Below the pieces are notes generated by a model. That model was not told the DNA's origin. It saw nothing but the letters and a program-made list of their open reading frames with translations, and did no database searches. The position numbers and the translations under genes were made by a program. Positions 8,718 through 19,160 of a stretch of 36,618 nucleotides of DNA are shown here, piece by piece (within the stretch, counting starts at the first letter, position 1; each line of letters opens with the position of its first letter). This DNA is from a virus (taxonomy: Duplodnaviria; Caudoviricetes): positions 1 through 36,618 of IMG/VR virus record IMGVR_UViG_3300011337_000508. One strand, 5' to 3'.

Positions 8718-9989
8718 CTATAAATCTTGTTGGAAGTAAAAAGAATCCATGGTTAAAATTCTTGCGTTTGTACCTGCGGATTTTAATATCCTGAAAAATG
8801 GGTTCATCCCAACGCCTGTTGTGGGAATGTTGGTAGTAATTGGTGAGTTAGCTACCTGTGTACCATCAATATAGAATGCTACACTTGTAGCAGTGCTATT
8901 AACGATAAACTTATATGTATGCCATGACGTATCTACAGTGCTAGAGGTGTTGGCTGCCGTTGGTGTTGATGTTTTTGATGTGTTGATCGTCCACTTTCCC
9001 GAGTTTTCAGAGTGGGTATATCTCCACCATACGCCATCTGTGATTGCTCCGTTAGCTGTGTTGACATTGCTAACCCCAAACTCGGCAACATACGTATCAG
9101 TACCATCGGATAACGTATTTAAACTTCCAAGCCATTCGACAGTCACCTGTCCACCTGTAAAATTTAAATACCCATTTCCTAAACGATAACAGGCACCTGC
9201 ATTGGTGGCAGATGATCCCGTGCTAACCTGTGCGGTACCTGGATGTCCGGCTGTTACTGCACCAGCTCCGGAAGTTCCACCTGAATTGTAATTTGAACCT
9301 GACCAATTGTTGCAAAATGATGGCGACACACCTAAAAAACTTTCGTTAACAGATGCGTAATGTTGAATATCATTATATGGATTTACAGCAGCAGCAGCAG
9401 CCCACGTCCCATCACCTCTCCAGTAAGTCGAAGACGATGCCGAAGTGCCACTATTTAGGTTTGTAACGGGTAGATTGCCAGTCACACCATTGGACAAATC
9501 TACTTGTGCCCATGCAGGGTTGTTACTAGTTCCAGTATTAGAAATATATCGTGTTGCGCTTGCATTTTTTGTCAAACCGCTGACCACGTTAGCAGCTGAC
9601 CCATAGACGATGTCGCCTTGTGCAATAGTTGCTGGATACGTCGCCGTCGACCATGCCGGCGTCGTATTAGAACCTGATAGCAAGACTTGATTTGCTGTTG
9701 CTGTTCCTGAGAGAACGGCAAATGCCGAAGCTCCTGAGTAAACAATGCCGCCGTTACTAGCTGTTAGATTTGCTGCTGTACCACCATTTGCAAGGGATAA
9801 AGGCAGGGAAGGAATCGATGCTGTTGTTGCAAGTGTGCCGGATGTCGGCAGTGTGACGTTTGTGTTGCCTGTCACCGTCAATGTGGTTGTAAAGGCGCCG
9901 GAGGTAGTTAGATTGCCACCTAAAGTAATCGTGCCGGTATTTTTAACACCTGTACCTCCAGCAGCGGGAGGGAGAATCTGATATGGCAT
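8718..9989 (-). CDS. tail fibre-like protein, 423 aa
   Basis: GGTG repeats, [30 protein letters not shown] motif, beta-rich lectin-like C-terminus (WHTYKF...FYIDG). Confidence 0.75.
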   Translation of the reverse strand: MPYQILPPAAGGTGVKNTGTITLGGNLTTSGAFTTTLTVTGNTNVTLPTSGTLATTASIPSLPLSLANGGTAANLTASNGGIVYSGASAFAVLSGTATANQVLLSGSNTTPAWSTATYPATIAQGDIVYGSAANVVSGLTKNASATRYISNTGTSNNPAWAQVDLSNGVTGNLPVTNLNSGTSASSSTYWRGDGTWAAAAAVNPYNDIQHYASVNESFLGVSPSFCNNWSGSNYNSGGTSGAGAVTAGHPGTAQVSTGSSATNAGACYRLGNGYLNFTGGQVTVEWLGSLNTLSDGTDTYVAEFGVSNVNTANGAITDGVWWRYTHSENSGKWTINTSKTSTPTAANTSSTVDTSWHTYKFIVNSTATSVAFYIDGTQVANSPITTNIPTTGVGMNPFFRILKSAGTNARILTMDSFYFQQDL

Positions 9990-9991
9990 CG

Positions 9992-10636
9992 TTATCCTAC
10001 AATTAGATAGTTGGTTCCATCATACATAACAGTCATATAACCACCGTTGACGTTGATTACTTGACTAGCAGCGCCGTCAATTGTCTTAACTCCGCCTGCT
10101 ACACTGACAGTGATGTTGTTCGTTCCTGCGGCAAAGGAGCCGTCTTTAATGCGGAATTGCTGATATTGTGCCGCTGTTGCGGACAATGTTACCGTGCGTG
10201 GCGCTGAAGTGTCAGTGATGACGATCTGGAAATTATTGTTTAATACCACATAGCTAACGGCGGATGACACGCTAGTAACGATCTGGGCGCCACCCTGCGT
10301 AGTATCATTTGTTGATACAAAACTGCCGAAAGAAGAAAAGGTACCGTCGCTTTTTAATTGTACCCAGCCGATTGACCCGTTGGAGAAAGCTAGCGCTCCT
10401 CCGCCTGTCAAATAAACGCCGACACCGCCAGCGGAAAGGAATCCAAATGTCGGTAAAGCTGCTGTACCGTCTTGGCTATTGATAGAGCCTAAATCAGTTT
10501 CAAGAGCAATACCATTTTGGATAAGTTTTCCAGTAATGCCATCGAAACGAACTAAAGCGTTATCGGTACTAGAGGCAGGCCCTACCACGTCACCGCCAGC
10601 CCCTCCTCCTCCTGCACTAAGGAAATATTGTGACAC
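9992..10636 (-). CDS. short tail fibre-like protein, 214 aa
   Basis: Shares [35 protein letters not shown] with 7068-8711; ends YDGTNYLIV. Confidence 0.75.
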   Translation of the reverse strand: MSQYFLSAGGGGAGGDVVGPASSTDNALVRFDGITGKLIQNGIALETDLGSINSQDGTAALPTFGFLSAGGVGVYLTGGGALAFSNGSIGWVQLKSDGTFSSFGSFVSTNDTTQGGAQIVTSVSSAVSYVVLNNNFQIVITDTSAPRTVTLSATAAQYQQFRIKDGSFAAGTNNITVSVAGGVKTIDGAASQVINVNGGYMTVMYDGTNYLIVG

Positions 10637-10968
10637 TATTCAACCCCTATTGCGCTAACGTATAGCGATCCTGTAGTCGGATTGCCTATTTCCTTGACAT
10701 ACACACCGCGCCATCCGCCAAGTGCAATTTGGTTAGCCTTGATGTCAATGACAAGCGTCGCACCCGCTACCATCGGGATGAAATCCGTAGAACCATCAAA
10801 TGAAAGTTGCACAGTTTGATCCAGCGTCGACACAATAAGCAATGTGACGACACCCTCGCCGAAGACAGAGCCGACAAGGGCATATGTGCCGCTTATGCCG
10901 GCTGCTGCTATGGAGCGTTGCTCAAGAGGCTTGGCCTCGCGGAAATATGGGCTTAAAGCAAATGACAT
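10636..10968 (-). CDS. putative virion structural protein, 110 aa
   Basis: Beta-rich sequence, AAGGA RBS, tightly packed in the tail module. Confidence 0.6.
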   Translation of the reverse strand: MSFALSPYFREAKPLEQRSIAAAGISGTYALVGSVFGEGVVTLLIVSTLDQTVQLSFDGSTDFIPMVAGATLVIDIKANQIALGGWRGVYVKEIGNPTTGSLYVSAIGVE

Positions 10969-10976
10969 ATTATTCC

Positions 10977-11714
10977 TTAGATTTGACGGATGATAACGTA
11001 GTCAACAATTGAAATGTCATTAACTTGTGTCGTTGCATCCGCAGGATTTCTTGCAGTGATAGAGAAAGACGTAGCTGGTGTGATTGCCACATCAAACACG
11101 CCTAAAGCGGTTGATCCATTGATGCCTTGGCGTGAGACCATAATCTTGTCGCCTGCTGCAATATTGGTGTTGGCAATTGTTTTTGTGCCTGCTACAAGTG
11201 TTGTTTGACCGATAAAGTCCGTCGCTGCTCCGCCTTTTACGCGCAATTGCTTTGCGGATCCGTTAATGAGCAAGTTCCCCGCTGTTGTTGCAAGATCTGT
11301 GCCAGCCGTCATTGTCGTTGTAGACGCAACGGATGTCGTCGCTGCAATCGAACCAGGCGCAACGAACGCCGCTGGGATGCTTAGAGTGATCGTGCTACCA
11401 GAGCCAGTCGATGTAATCTGGCTAGCCGTGCCAAGAATGTTGAGGTTTCCTGAAGATGGCGATAACGCACCACCGCTTCCACCTGTCAACGTGTAAACAG
11501 GGCCGCCAAGTGTCGAACCCATATGAACCCAAGTTGCAACGCCGGCGCTCTTCTTAGCAAGTCCATAGAACGCATTTCCAGCCTCATAGACGACAATTTG
11601 CCCAATAGGGTAATTGATGTCACTCCCAGCAGGAATTCGGTTAAGGGAGAAGGGTGTAGGGCCGATTTGTACGCGTGGGCCTCCAAGATTATCGACAGGA
11701 CGTGAATTCAACAT
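10977..11714 (-). CDS. putative tail-associated structural protein, 245 aa
   Basis: G/S/T-rich; TLTGGSGGALSPSSGNLNILG motif; GAGG RBS; first gene of the fibre cluster. Confidence 0.65.
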   Translation of the reverse strand: MLNSRPVDNLGGPRVQIGPTPFSLNRIPAGSDINYPIGQIVVYEAGNAFYGLAKKSAGVATWVHMGSTLGGPVYTLTGGSGGALSPSSGNLNILGTASQITSTGSGSTITLSIPAAFVAPGSIAATTSVASTTTMTAGTDLATTAGNLLINGSAKQLRVKGGAATDFIGQTTLVAGTKTIANTNIAAGDKIMVSRQGINGSTALGVFDVAITPATSFSITARNPADATTQVNDISIVDYVIIRQI

Positions 11715-11792
11715 GGTTAACCTCGTTGTTGTTAAATTAAAAATTGCAGTGTAAAACTTGCAATGTCAAGGCAGAATAATGGAAAATAGTGA

Positions 11793-11821
11793 TTGTTTTT
11801 TATGTTATAAAATGTTACACT
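11793..11821 (+). promoter_or_regulatory. sigma70-type promoter for the counter-oriented cassette
   Basis: TTGTTT-N17-TACACT with extended TG. Confidence 0.5.
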
Positions 11822-11831
11822 AGTTGGAAAA

Positions 11832-12122
11832 ATGGGGGATTTTATGGAAAATATGGACAAATTAGATATTATTTTATGGGTACTTGGTGGTGGGTTTACA
11901 ATAATGTTCACCTTATTGGGATTCCTTTGGAAACATATGAATTCTGAATTTAAAACTAGATTTGATAAGGTCGATACTAGATTTGATAAGGTCGATACTA
12001 GATTTGATAAGGTGGAAGAAAAAATAACCGACATCGATCGCAGACTTTGCAGATTGGAAGGCGCATTCTCAGCAAAAGAATGCTGCGCAGTTAAACACAT
12101 TAATGATGCAAAGGTGGGATGA
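11832..12122 (+). CDS. membrane-anchored coiled-coil protein with heptad repeats
   Basis: One TM segment (IILWVLGGGFTIMFTLLGFLW), TRFDKVD repeats, C-terminal IDRRLCRLEGAF; true start may be ATG 11844. Confidence 0.8.
   Translation: MGDFMENMDKLDIILWVLGGGFTIMFTLLGFLWKHMNSEFKTRFDKVDTRFDKVDTRFDKVEEKITDIDRRLCRLEGAFSAKECCAVKHINDAKVG
11955..12013 (+). repeat. 21-bp tandem repeat, 2.8 copies
   Basis: actagatttgataaggtcgat at 11955 and 11976, partial copy at 11997; encodes TRFDKVD. Confidence 0.95.
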
Positions 12123-12295
12123 TGGAAAATATGCAAGTTGTAATCATCGTTGGAACAAATATTATTTTGATTCTAACGATATTAGGAACAACGATTGGAG
12201 TATGGTTCCATTTAGATAAAAAAATTGAATCACAAAATAATAGAACTGATAGACTTTATGAAATGTTCATCGATGTTGTAAAAAAGGAGAAATAA
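12122..12295 (+). CDS. small membrane protein, 57 aa (not in ORF track)
   Basis: ATG overlaps the upstream TGA; MENMQVVIIVGTNIILILTILGTTIGVWFHLDKKIESQNNRTDRLYEMFIDVVKKEK. Confidence 0.75.
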   Translation: MENMQVVIIVGTNIILILTILGTTIGVWFHLDKKIESQNNRTDRLYEMFIDVVKKEK

Positions 12296-12296
12296 T

Positions 12297-12395
12297 ATGG
12301 GGTTAATATTTTTAGGTTCGTTTATAACTTTTATTATTATGGGAATTACAAGTGATGATTATTCTTCTACTTTGAACGATTATTATCCCGAGTAG
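12297..12395 (+). CDS. hydrophobic micro-protein, 32 aa (not in ORF track)
   Basis: AAGGAG RBS; MGLIFLGSFITFIIMGITSDDYSSTLNDYYPE; overlaps the 3' end of the convergent gene. Confidence 0.45.
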   Translation: MGLIFLGSFITFIIMGITSDDYSSTLNDYYPE

Positions 12396-13902
12396 AATTT
12401 TCCATTTTGTAGGCTTTCTCATCTAATTCTTTTAGATATTTTTTCATCTCTAAAGCATTATTTTGAGAAGCCGCTCTTATAGTATGTGCATACAAATCAG
12501 CTAATTCTGGGCTTCTTATCATTCTATCTACCAATTTAGCACCTTGATAAGCTGCTAAAGAAGCTCCGCCTGAAGCTACTGTTGAAGCTCCTACTCCAGA
12601 ATAAACTAATGACTTTACTAAAAGACTTTTAACAGGATCGCCATAGTTTCTTTTTATATAATTACTAATTCGATTGCTATCTTGAAAAACTCGATATGCT
12701 CGGCGAGCCGCGGCGTCATATTCTATAAAATTTGGATATCTGTTTGCCGTAGCATCTCGATACATCCCATTAGTCAATTCTCTTCTTACCTGTTGCAAAT
12801 GGCGACTGGCTGTTGCGGCTTCGTTACCATACAATTCATAGCCACCACGACCTAGAACTTCTCGTGAGATATCGCCACGCAACCTATATGCGCGATCCCT
12901 TGTCATTATCCCGTTATCTATAAAATCAATTGCTTCGTCAATTCGACGTAATGCAGGGTCATGGGTAGCATTTCTCCCTCCCCTAGTCAATTGGGTGCGC
13001 TGTTGAGCCAATGAAGTTCTTAAGTCTTGCGGATGAGAAAGAGCGCGATGCCCATTTGGTATCGACTGCTCTGCTCTGTTTGTTAATTGTTGAGTGTAAT
13101 TTCTTGTGCTTCCATAAGGGACTCCTAATAACAAATCAAACATCACCATAGTTCCCAATTTGGCAGCTTCTTTTTTGCTTGGAGTATCTGTAAAATACCC
13201 TGCCGTTTCCTTAGCCAATTCTCCCGCTAAAGGGATTCCTACATCAACAGCAGCTCTTGCAAATGGGGTTGCTCGATTTGAACCACCAACGAGCTTACGT
13301 GAAGCGATTGTTTTTACAACCTCTGATCCAAACTTTTCGCCTTTTGTCTTAGGTTCTGTGTAGCCGCCAGTCATTTCATTGGCAAATTCGTCAATATCTT
13401 GTGAATTTGGAACGACGCTCTTTAAAAACTTTTGCCCATATTTTAATAGAGGATTTTTTTCTATACGCTCTTCACGGCCTGGCATTTCTGGTAGAGCAGA
13501 TGTTAAAAACTCTGCAATATCTCTTAAATCTCCAACTGAACCACCGACTACACTCCCAACATCTTTTGCAGTTCGTGTAAGCCCGCGCAATAACCAATCA
13601 GTGTTACTTTCCTCTTCCAACATTTTCTTTTTTTCAAATGATTTTTGAAAAGGTTGAGTATTTAAAGGCTTTTCTTCTTGCGTTTGTGGCGCAATTATCT
13701 TTTGAAAATTCTTTTTAAATGGCTCGACATTTAATTGCTTTTGTTTCTGCTCAGGCTGTGAAGATTGCGGATTTTGCTTTTGCCATAAGTCAAGTAATCG
13801 CTTGCGTTGCTCCTCATCTAAATCAGGAGTGTTTTGACTTTGAAGACCCTCTACATCGGGCGATTGCTGATTTGGCTGTAAAAAAAGATCATTAGAAAGC
13901 AT
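12367..13902 (-). CDS. putative DNA ejection (internal virion) protein
   Basis: Large helical protein, third of three genes in the P22 gp7/gp20/gp16 position; likely start MLSNDL after AGAGGA. Function inferred from synteny. Confidence 0.55.
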   Translation of the reverse strand: MLSNDLFLQPNQQSPDVEGLQSQNTPDLDEEQRKRLLDLWQKQNPQSSQPEQKQKQLNVEPFKKNFQKIIAPQTQEEKPLNTQPFQKSFEKKKMLEEESNTDWLLRGLTRTAKDVGSVVGGSVGDLRDIAEFLTSALPEMPGREERIEKNPLLKYGQKFLKSVVPNSQDIDEFANEMTGGYTEPKTKGEKFGSEVVKTIASRKLVGGSNRATPFARAAVDVGIPLAGELAKETAGYFTDTPSKKEAAKLGTMVMFDLLLGVPYGSTRNYTQQLTNRAEQSIPNGHRALSHPQDLRTSLAQQRTQLTRGGRNATHDPALRRIDEAIDFIDNGIMTRDRAYRLRGDISREVLGRGGYELYGNEAATASRHLQQVRRELTNGMYRDATANRYPNFIEYDAAARRAYRVFQDSNRISNYIKRNYGDPVKSLLVKSLVYSGVGASTVASGGASLAAYQGAKLVDRMIRSPELADLYAHTIRAASQNNALEMKKYLKELDEKAYKMENSTRDNNRSK

Positions 13903-15226
13903 ATCCATCCTCTTGCGCCATTCTAGCGGCTTCCTCTGGACTATTAGCAATAGCGTTATACCGCTCGATCACATCTTCGGTTAGCTGTGTTCCAGGAGCT
14001 ACTTCATATCTTCCCATTCGACTAAGAAAATCCTTAGACCAATCGTCAACTGCTCTTTCTTTTTCGTCATAAACCTGATCCTGAAAATCAAAAGGAAGTG
14101 CTTTACCTTTATATTTTTCTTTTACAGTTTTATAAGCATCATAATTAATTCTTTTTAATTCATTTAACTTTTTCAAGTTTTCAAGTATTTGCTTTCTACC
14201 TTCAGGAGAATTTGATAACTGAGGAATCCTTTGAAGAAAAACAGAAAATTCTTTCTCTAAAATTCTTCCCCTATAATCATCATTGATCCCCGTTGTTAAA
14301 TCCAAAGCAAGCTTTTGGAACGCCTCTGCATCTGCATTTTCCAAAACCCCAAGAGGTATACCTAATTTTTCAAGTGTAGCTACAAGAGCAGGTTTGGGAA
14401 GATCATTTTTCATACTAAGGCGATCTAACTCCCCGTATCGGGCTTTATTTGCTTTATATTGATCGTAACCCATTAAAGCTTGATTTATAAAATCCTTGTT
14501 ATGGGCTGCTCCCTCTTTTTCCTTAGTATACTCAAATTTTTCTCGCTCAAACTCTGTTTTAATATCAGCTCTCTTTCGATCATCAATCTCTTTATTTTGA
14601 GCACGCATGGAATTGGCTATAGTGGGATTAGTCACCGTCATAATCTCAATCTCTTCGGGAGACCAAGGCTTTTCTTCCTCTATAGGCTGCGATTGTTGTT
14701 GTTCTGCTGCTGGCTCCCCTTCTGAATTAAATCTAAGATCATTTCCAACTCTTCCACTTCTTGGAGTCACTGCTGCATTAGTAGGTGCGGAAAGCCTTTT
14801 TCGCTTTTCCATAAATTCTTTTAATATGCCCTGTTCTTGTTCTTTTTGCTTATTAGCAAGCACTTGCTTATTTATTTCTAGGGGAATGAGGGCTTTTTCT
14901 TGAGGAGTTAAAGTACCTCCTTCTATCAATTTTGTAACTGCTGCCTGCACCTTCTCCTGCTCGGCCTGTTGCTCGATCTGAAGGCGCTTCTGTAGGATGG
15001 ATTCGCCGCGCTTGCCATAGCCGCGCATTGCTGATTCCAGCTTACTAGCGCGCTCAGACATCGGGGCATCTTTCAATGAGGGATCGTTTAGAACCTCATC
15101 GAGGGATTTATTTGCAAGATACTGCCCTGTGAATTCACCAAGCCCCATGCCGAGGGCTTCGCCGAGGACGCCAGGCAATTTATTTTTAGGAGACTCACCA
15201 CGTCGAATAAGACCAGGATTCGGCAT
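13892..15226 (-). CDS. putative DNA ejection protein, 444 aa
   Basis: Gly-containing N-terminus (LGEALGMGLG), charged helical body, AGGAGG RBS; synteny. Confidence 0.55.
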   Translation of the reverse strand: MPNPGLIRRGESPKNKLPGVLGEALGMGLGEFTGQYLANKSLDEVLNDPSLKDAPMSERASKLESAMRGYGKRGESILQKRLQIEQQAEQEKVQAAVTKLIEGGTLTPQEKALIPLEINKQVLANKQKEQEQGILKEFMEKRKRLSAPTNAAVTPRSGRVGNDLRFNSEGEPAAEQQQSQPIEEEKPWSPEEIEIMTVTNPTIANSMRAQNKEIDDRKRADIKTEFEREKFEYTKEKEGAAHNKDFINQALMGYDQYKANKARYGELDRLSMKNDLPKPALVATLEKLGIPLGVLENADAEAFQKLALDLTTGINDDYRGRILEKEFSVFLQRIPQLSNSPEGRKQILENLKKLNELKRINYDAYKTVKEKYKGKALPFDFQDQVYDEKERAVDDWSKDFLSRMGRYEVAPGTQLTEDVIERYNAIANSPEEAARMAQEDGYAF

Positions 15227-15834
15227 TACATGCCTCCTTGAATCGCTTTAATAAATATTGGAAGAAATTTTTGAACCAATCCTTCATAGCCTGGAGTTTC
15301 TTCTCTATCGAAGGTGGTACGATCTTGATATTTGCCATATTCGCCAGTCAGGCGTTGAAGCGCATCTTGAATAGTTTTCATTTTATTAGCTGACAAATCG
15401 CGTTGTAGACCGGTTGCTGCGCCGCCAAGGGCTTGACCGAAGCCAGATGAGGAAAGAGCTCCGCTGTTAGCACCAGCGCCAGCAAATCTTTCACCTATGT
15501 TGGGGATTGTCACTTCGTTGAATTGACCCATTTGCTGATCTTCATATGCCTTATGAAAATCTGAATTTGGATCAGTCATATCCTGCAACATCTTAATAAG
15601 CTGCGCATAGCCACCTCCGCCTTGCAAAGCTTCTCCCTGCTGCTGATGAATGCCTTGCTGATAAGGATCAAAATTGGATTGGTTTTTTAATTTAGGTTCT
15701 TTCGTTCCACTATAAAGTCCCGCACCGCCGCCTATTAAAGAACCTGCTAACATACCATAAGGGCCTAATGGAGCACCTGCCGCTGCCCCTCCTGCCGCTC
15801 CAGTTACACCACTCATCCAATTTGGTTTTCCCAT
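15226..15834 (-). CDS. putative DNA ejection/pilot protein, 202 aa
   Basis: GAAGGAAAGAPLGPYGMLAGSLIGGGAGL N-terminus and Q/G-rich body typical of gp7-like proteins. Confidence 0.6.
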   Translation of the reverse strand: MGKPNWMSGVTGAAGGAAAGAPLGPYGMLAGSLIGGGAGLYSGTKEPKLKNQSNFDPYQQGIHQQQGEALQGGGGYAQLIKMLQDMTDPNSDFHKAYEDQQMGQFNEVTIPNIGERFAGAGANSGALSSSGFGQALGGAATGLQRDLSANKMKTIQDALQRLTGEYGKYQDRTTFDREETPGYEGLVQKFLPIFIKAIQGGM

Positions 15835-15842
15835 TTTACCCT

Positions 15843-16367
15843 CTAATTCTTTGAATATTCTAAAACTACATTACACATGGTAAAAGCCGAATAGTCAATA
15901 GCCGTTGTAATGTTGATATTGGTTCCGTCAACATCCAATTGAATGTTTTTATTCAATGTTGGCGAAGAGAAGGGCAATGGAATGTAAAGCTGATTTACAG
16001 GATCGGTGGCACAACCGTAAATCCGCGTTCCTTTGCAAGCTGTAGTGAAATTGATTCCATGTGGAACGGACTTCAACGCTGTATTGGGGAGTGCTCCGAA
16101 ATCGATGGTTTTACGGTATACGTTGACGAATTGATTGGGGAGATAGGCATAGGGGAAAGTTGTGCTGCGAAGAGGGTATTGCTCAAATGTTGCAAGTTCC
16201 GTGGGCTGATAGAGACCGCCAATTTTGGTGTTGACGACATTGGCGATCTTCTTGTAGGTAAGATCGAGCTGTCCCATCGTCTCGGGATATTTCTCAACAT
16301 CTTTGGGGAAATCTTCAGAGATGGCGAGCTGGTTTGACAGAAGTGGTTGGTCGCTTGAGAAGGCCAT
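15843..16367 (-). CDS. putative virion protein, 174 aa
   Basis: VYRKTIDFGALPN...HGI...VVLEYSK pattern seen in phage tail-associated domains. Confidence 0.6.
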   Translation of the reverse strand: MAFSSDQPLLSNQLAISEDFPKDVEKYPETMGQLDLTYKKIANVVNTKIGGLYQPTELATFEQYPLRSTTFPYAYLPNQFVNVYRKTIDFGALPNTALKSVPHGINFTTACKGTRIYGCATDPVNQLYIPLPFSSPTLNKNIQLDVDGTNINITTAIDYSAFTMCNVVLEYSKN

Positions 16368-16373
16368 ATAATC

Positions 16374-19160
16374 CTAGAATATTGTCTTACCACCGCTTCT
16401 TGAATATATTGTCATCGCGTTCAATACCCATTCATATTTATGCGTATTGATGTCATTCATCAAGGTATCGTTATACGTCATCGCAATACGCAAGAATTGC
16501 CCCGTTAAAGTGGCATAGAAGCGATGCCATACATAGTCGGAAGCGGGTACATAGTAAGGAGCTGTCAACGTCGTAGAACCGCTCCTATTGCTTACTAGGG
16601 TATTTCCCTGAAAGGCGAGCGATGTATTGACGAAGATGTTGATAGACATGGCGACAGAGATGTTAGGATCGTCGACCGGGACATCGGTGAGGAAGTCGAT
16701 GTAGCTAATCTTCACCTGATTTGCCTGCGCTGCATAGGGATTGAAGTCCTTCATCTCAATGTACATACGAGGGAACAAGGTCACTTGACCGCCGCCTACA
16801 TAAGTTGCAGCATTCGTTGGAGTGCGGACGTAATTTTCAATGTAAACCTGATTTACTTCGTCCCATTCCTTGATGGTAAAATTGTTGTCATCAGTACGCG
16901 CTGCAACTATGAAAATACGATCATTCAGATCGGTGGCGATTGGAGCGCTTGATTGGGAGAAATTCAACCCTGTTAGGTAGATGATATCCCCTGATTCCAA
17001 ATTGTGGTTTACAACATTCAATGATATCGCTGTCAAGCCAGCGGGAATTGTCACGCCTTTGATGTCAAGCGACGGCTCATCAAAACTTGTGTAACCGTAG
17101 CGATGGATATAGCCCTGCTGATTGCCTGAAACGGTGGAAGGGAAGAGCGGAATCAGGTCGGGGTCATCATCCCACAACACATCGTTGTCATCCCAAAATG
17201 TTGTTAGCGAATCCCACGTGATGCCGTTAGGGTCTTGGTAGGTTCCATAGAAAGTAATGTTGTTGCGGAAGTTGGCGTAGGTATTATTTTTGTAGTTATA
17301 AAGCAATGTATAATTAGGAAACTTGCGATTCAAAGCCCCATCGGAATAACACCAGTAGACTAGTTCCTTCTGGAAGTCGCGGAAGCCGATAATACGTTGA
17401 GGGCCATTCTGCAAATTGTTGAACTCGAAGACTTGATCGGGAATCTGCTCATCGATACGGTTTACAGAGAGGGATTCAGACGAGACTATAGCCCTGTCGC
17501 CGACCGCCAAAACACCACCGTCAAAAAGCACGGTTGAGAATGTAGACTCAGAACCAAAATCACTCGATATACGTTCCCAGATAAAAGGTAGACCATATTC
17601 CCCCACGTAACGTAAATTCCACGTGGAACGCTCAAACTGCACTATCAGAGTATTTTTAAAGAATTGCGCGCTAACGATTGCTTCATTCGTTGGTGCATCG
17701 ATAAACCCACCCTTGCCAAAGACATCAGAGCGCCAAGCCCCTGTTGCCGGAGGGCCAACTGCCGCCGCTTCGACAGGGCTTCCCACTTGACTAAATCGGC
17801 AACGGTTGAAATAGTTCTGCGCACCGGCATAGCCCCCCGCATCAGTTCCCTCCCATACGTTGAGAGCAACTAATCTCCCATAATATGGTATCAGAATGCG
17901 AGCGGAGTAAATTTTGAAGTCAGTAGCTGCTACACCAGTATAGACCGTATAGGGGGCGAAATCCTTCCAAATACCATCGTAATAACGCATCGGATTGGCG
18001 GCATTGCAAACAAAGTTTGTCTCAAAGAACAGCCTATCATAGGGATTTATCCCTCGATAATTCGCCACACCAAAGAAATCTGCATCAGTGCCAGCCCATT
18101 CGGTGTTATTCCATTGCTGAAATCCGGAACCAGCATCAACGTAATTATATTTTGTATCCCAGAATATTGTCTGTTCATTGTTGATCGTCCCTAATTCGCG
18201 CTCCCATATCCCCATCACAGGAAGACCAGGGAAATAATAGAAATCTAGCAATGTAGCTGCCCCAACACCGCCGCCGGGAAGCGTGATGACCATCGCGCCA
18301 GTTTCATAGTTGATTGTAGCGCTGTAGCCCGCGGTTGTGCTTGTTAGGAACCCATTGCCAATCGCTGGGTTTACAGTCCATGTTCCCCCAACAGTATAAG
18401 CAGGAAAGGCGATCGAATTGAGATTGTTTAAGGTAAAGGTCGTCGAACTTGTCACAGTGATTTGATAGCTACCGCTATTTAGCTCTGTCATGCCACCAAC
18501 ACCCGCGAAGGTGATAGTGTCGCCTGTCGTAAGCAGATGTGGCGCACCCGTCGTTACAGCGCAAGGGTTGGCATTCGTTGCGGCTATGACCGTGCCAGCT
18601 TTGCTATAGTCCGTTAGAACAGCAGCGCCAATGCTAAAATAAACAGTGCCAGGCTCAATCGATGAATTAGGCTCACTTGTCAAACGACTGCGATTTGATA
18701 TCCATTGACCACCGGATACATAAGCACCAAATGCCCCAGCATTAACGCCGACACTGAACGTCGTTGAAGTTAGTACTGTTATCGTAAAGACTGTATTGTT
18801 ATACCCTGTAGCCCCAACAATATCGGTGAACACCACGGTGTCGCCATTTGATAACCCATGCGGATTTAGCGTAGTAACAACGCCAGGATTAGCATTGTTA
18901 GCAGCGGTGACAAGACCTGTGATGGTAAGGATGTTGGTTGACCATGGCGACGCTTGAGCAGGGCCAAGCGAAAGACCCACAAACACACGACGCAAACGAT
19001 CAAGCACCTCCAACCCTTCGCGCTTGCGCACACGATCGCGCCAGACATAGGCGTTGTTCAATCTTGCAAAGGCCTGATCGGGCAACAGGAATGGCTTTTT
19101 GTCACGAACCAAGCCCCCTTGATTGTAGCCTGCGATGATGTTTGGTTGAAGCGGTTGCAT
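16374..19160 (-). CDS. tail nozzle / packaged-DNA stabilisation protein (P22 gp10 / T7 gp12-like)
   Basis: About 930 aa, beta-propeller-like (YYGRLVAL, RCRFSQVGSP), podovirus position; repeated inserted beta modules; likely start MQPLQP overlapping the upstream stop. Confidence 0.7.
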   Translation of the reverse strand: MQPLQPNIIAGYNQGGLVRDKKPFLLPDQAFARLNNAYVWRDRVRKREGLEVLDRLRRVFVGLSLGPAQASPWSTNILTITGLVTAANNANPGVVTTLNPHGLSNGDTVVFTDIVGATGYNNTVFTITVLTSTTFSVGVNAGAFGAYVSGGQWISNRSRLTSEPNSSIEPGTVYFSIGAAVLTDYSKAGTVIAATNANPCAVTTGAPHLLTTGDTITFAGVGGMTELNSGSYQITVTSSTTFTLNNLNSIAFPAYTVGGTWTVNPAIGNGFLTSTTAGYSATINYETGAMVITLPGGGVGAATLLDFYYFPGLPVMGIWERELGTINNEQTIFWDTKYNYVDAGSGFQQWNNTEWAGTDADFFGVANYRGINPYDRLFFETNFVCNAANPMRYYDGIWKDFAPYTVYTGVAATDFKIYSARILIPYYGRLVALNVWEGTDAGGYAGAQNYFNRCRFSQVGSPVEAAAVGPPATGAWRSDVFGKGGFIDAPTNEAIVSAQFFKNTLIVQFERSTWNLRYVGEYGLPFIWERISSDFGSESTFSTVLFDGGVLAVGDRAIVSSESLSVNRIDEQIPDQVFEFNNLQNGPQRIIGFRDFQKELVYWCYSDGALNRKFPNYTLLYNYKNNTYANFRNNITFYGTYQDPNGITWDSLTTFWDDNDVLWDDDPDLIPLFPSTVSGNQQGYIHRYGYTSFDEPSLDIKGVTIPAGLTAISLNVVNHNLESGDIIYLTGLNFSQSSAPIATDLNDRIFIVAARTDDNNFTIKEWDEVNQVYIENYVRTPTNAATYVGGGQVTLFPRMYIEMKDFNPYAAQANQVKISYIDFLTDVPVDDPNISVAMSINIFVNTSLAFQGNTLVSNRSGSTTLTAPYYVPASDYVWHRFYATLTGQFLRIAMTYNDTLMNDINTHKYEWVLNAMTIYSRSGGKTIF

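Noticed and set aside
7068-10636. Diversity-generating retroelement or invertible fibre cassette
   Set aside because: The paralogous segments differ at many non-adenine positions and are co-oriented; no reverse transcriptase or invertase is present.
5533-11705. Plus-strand Pro/Ala/Val-rich ORFs over the fibre genes
   Set aside because: Antisense shadows of Gly/Ala/Thr-rich coding sequence.
2199-12013. Repeats at 2199-2356 and 11955-12013 as CRISPR arrays
   Set aside because: Too short, no unique regular spacers, inside coding sequence, no cas genes.
11732-12136. 134-aa minus-strand ORF with STLSNLV repeats
   Set aside because: Reverse reading of the 21-bp repeat; the plus strand has the promoter and coupled genes.
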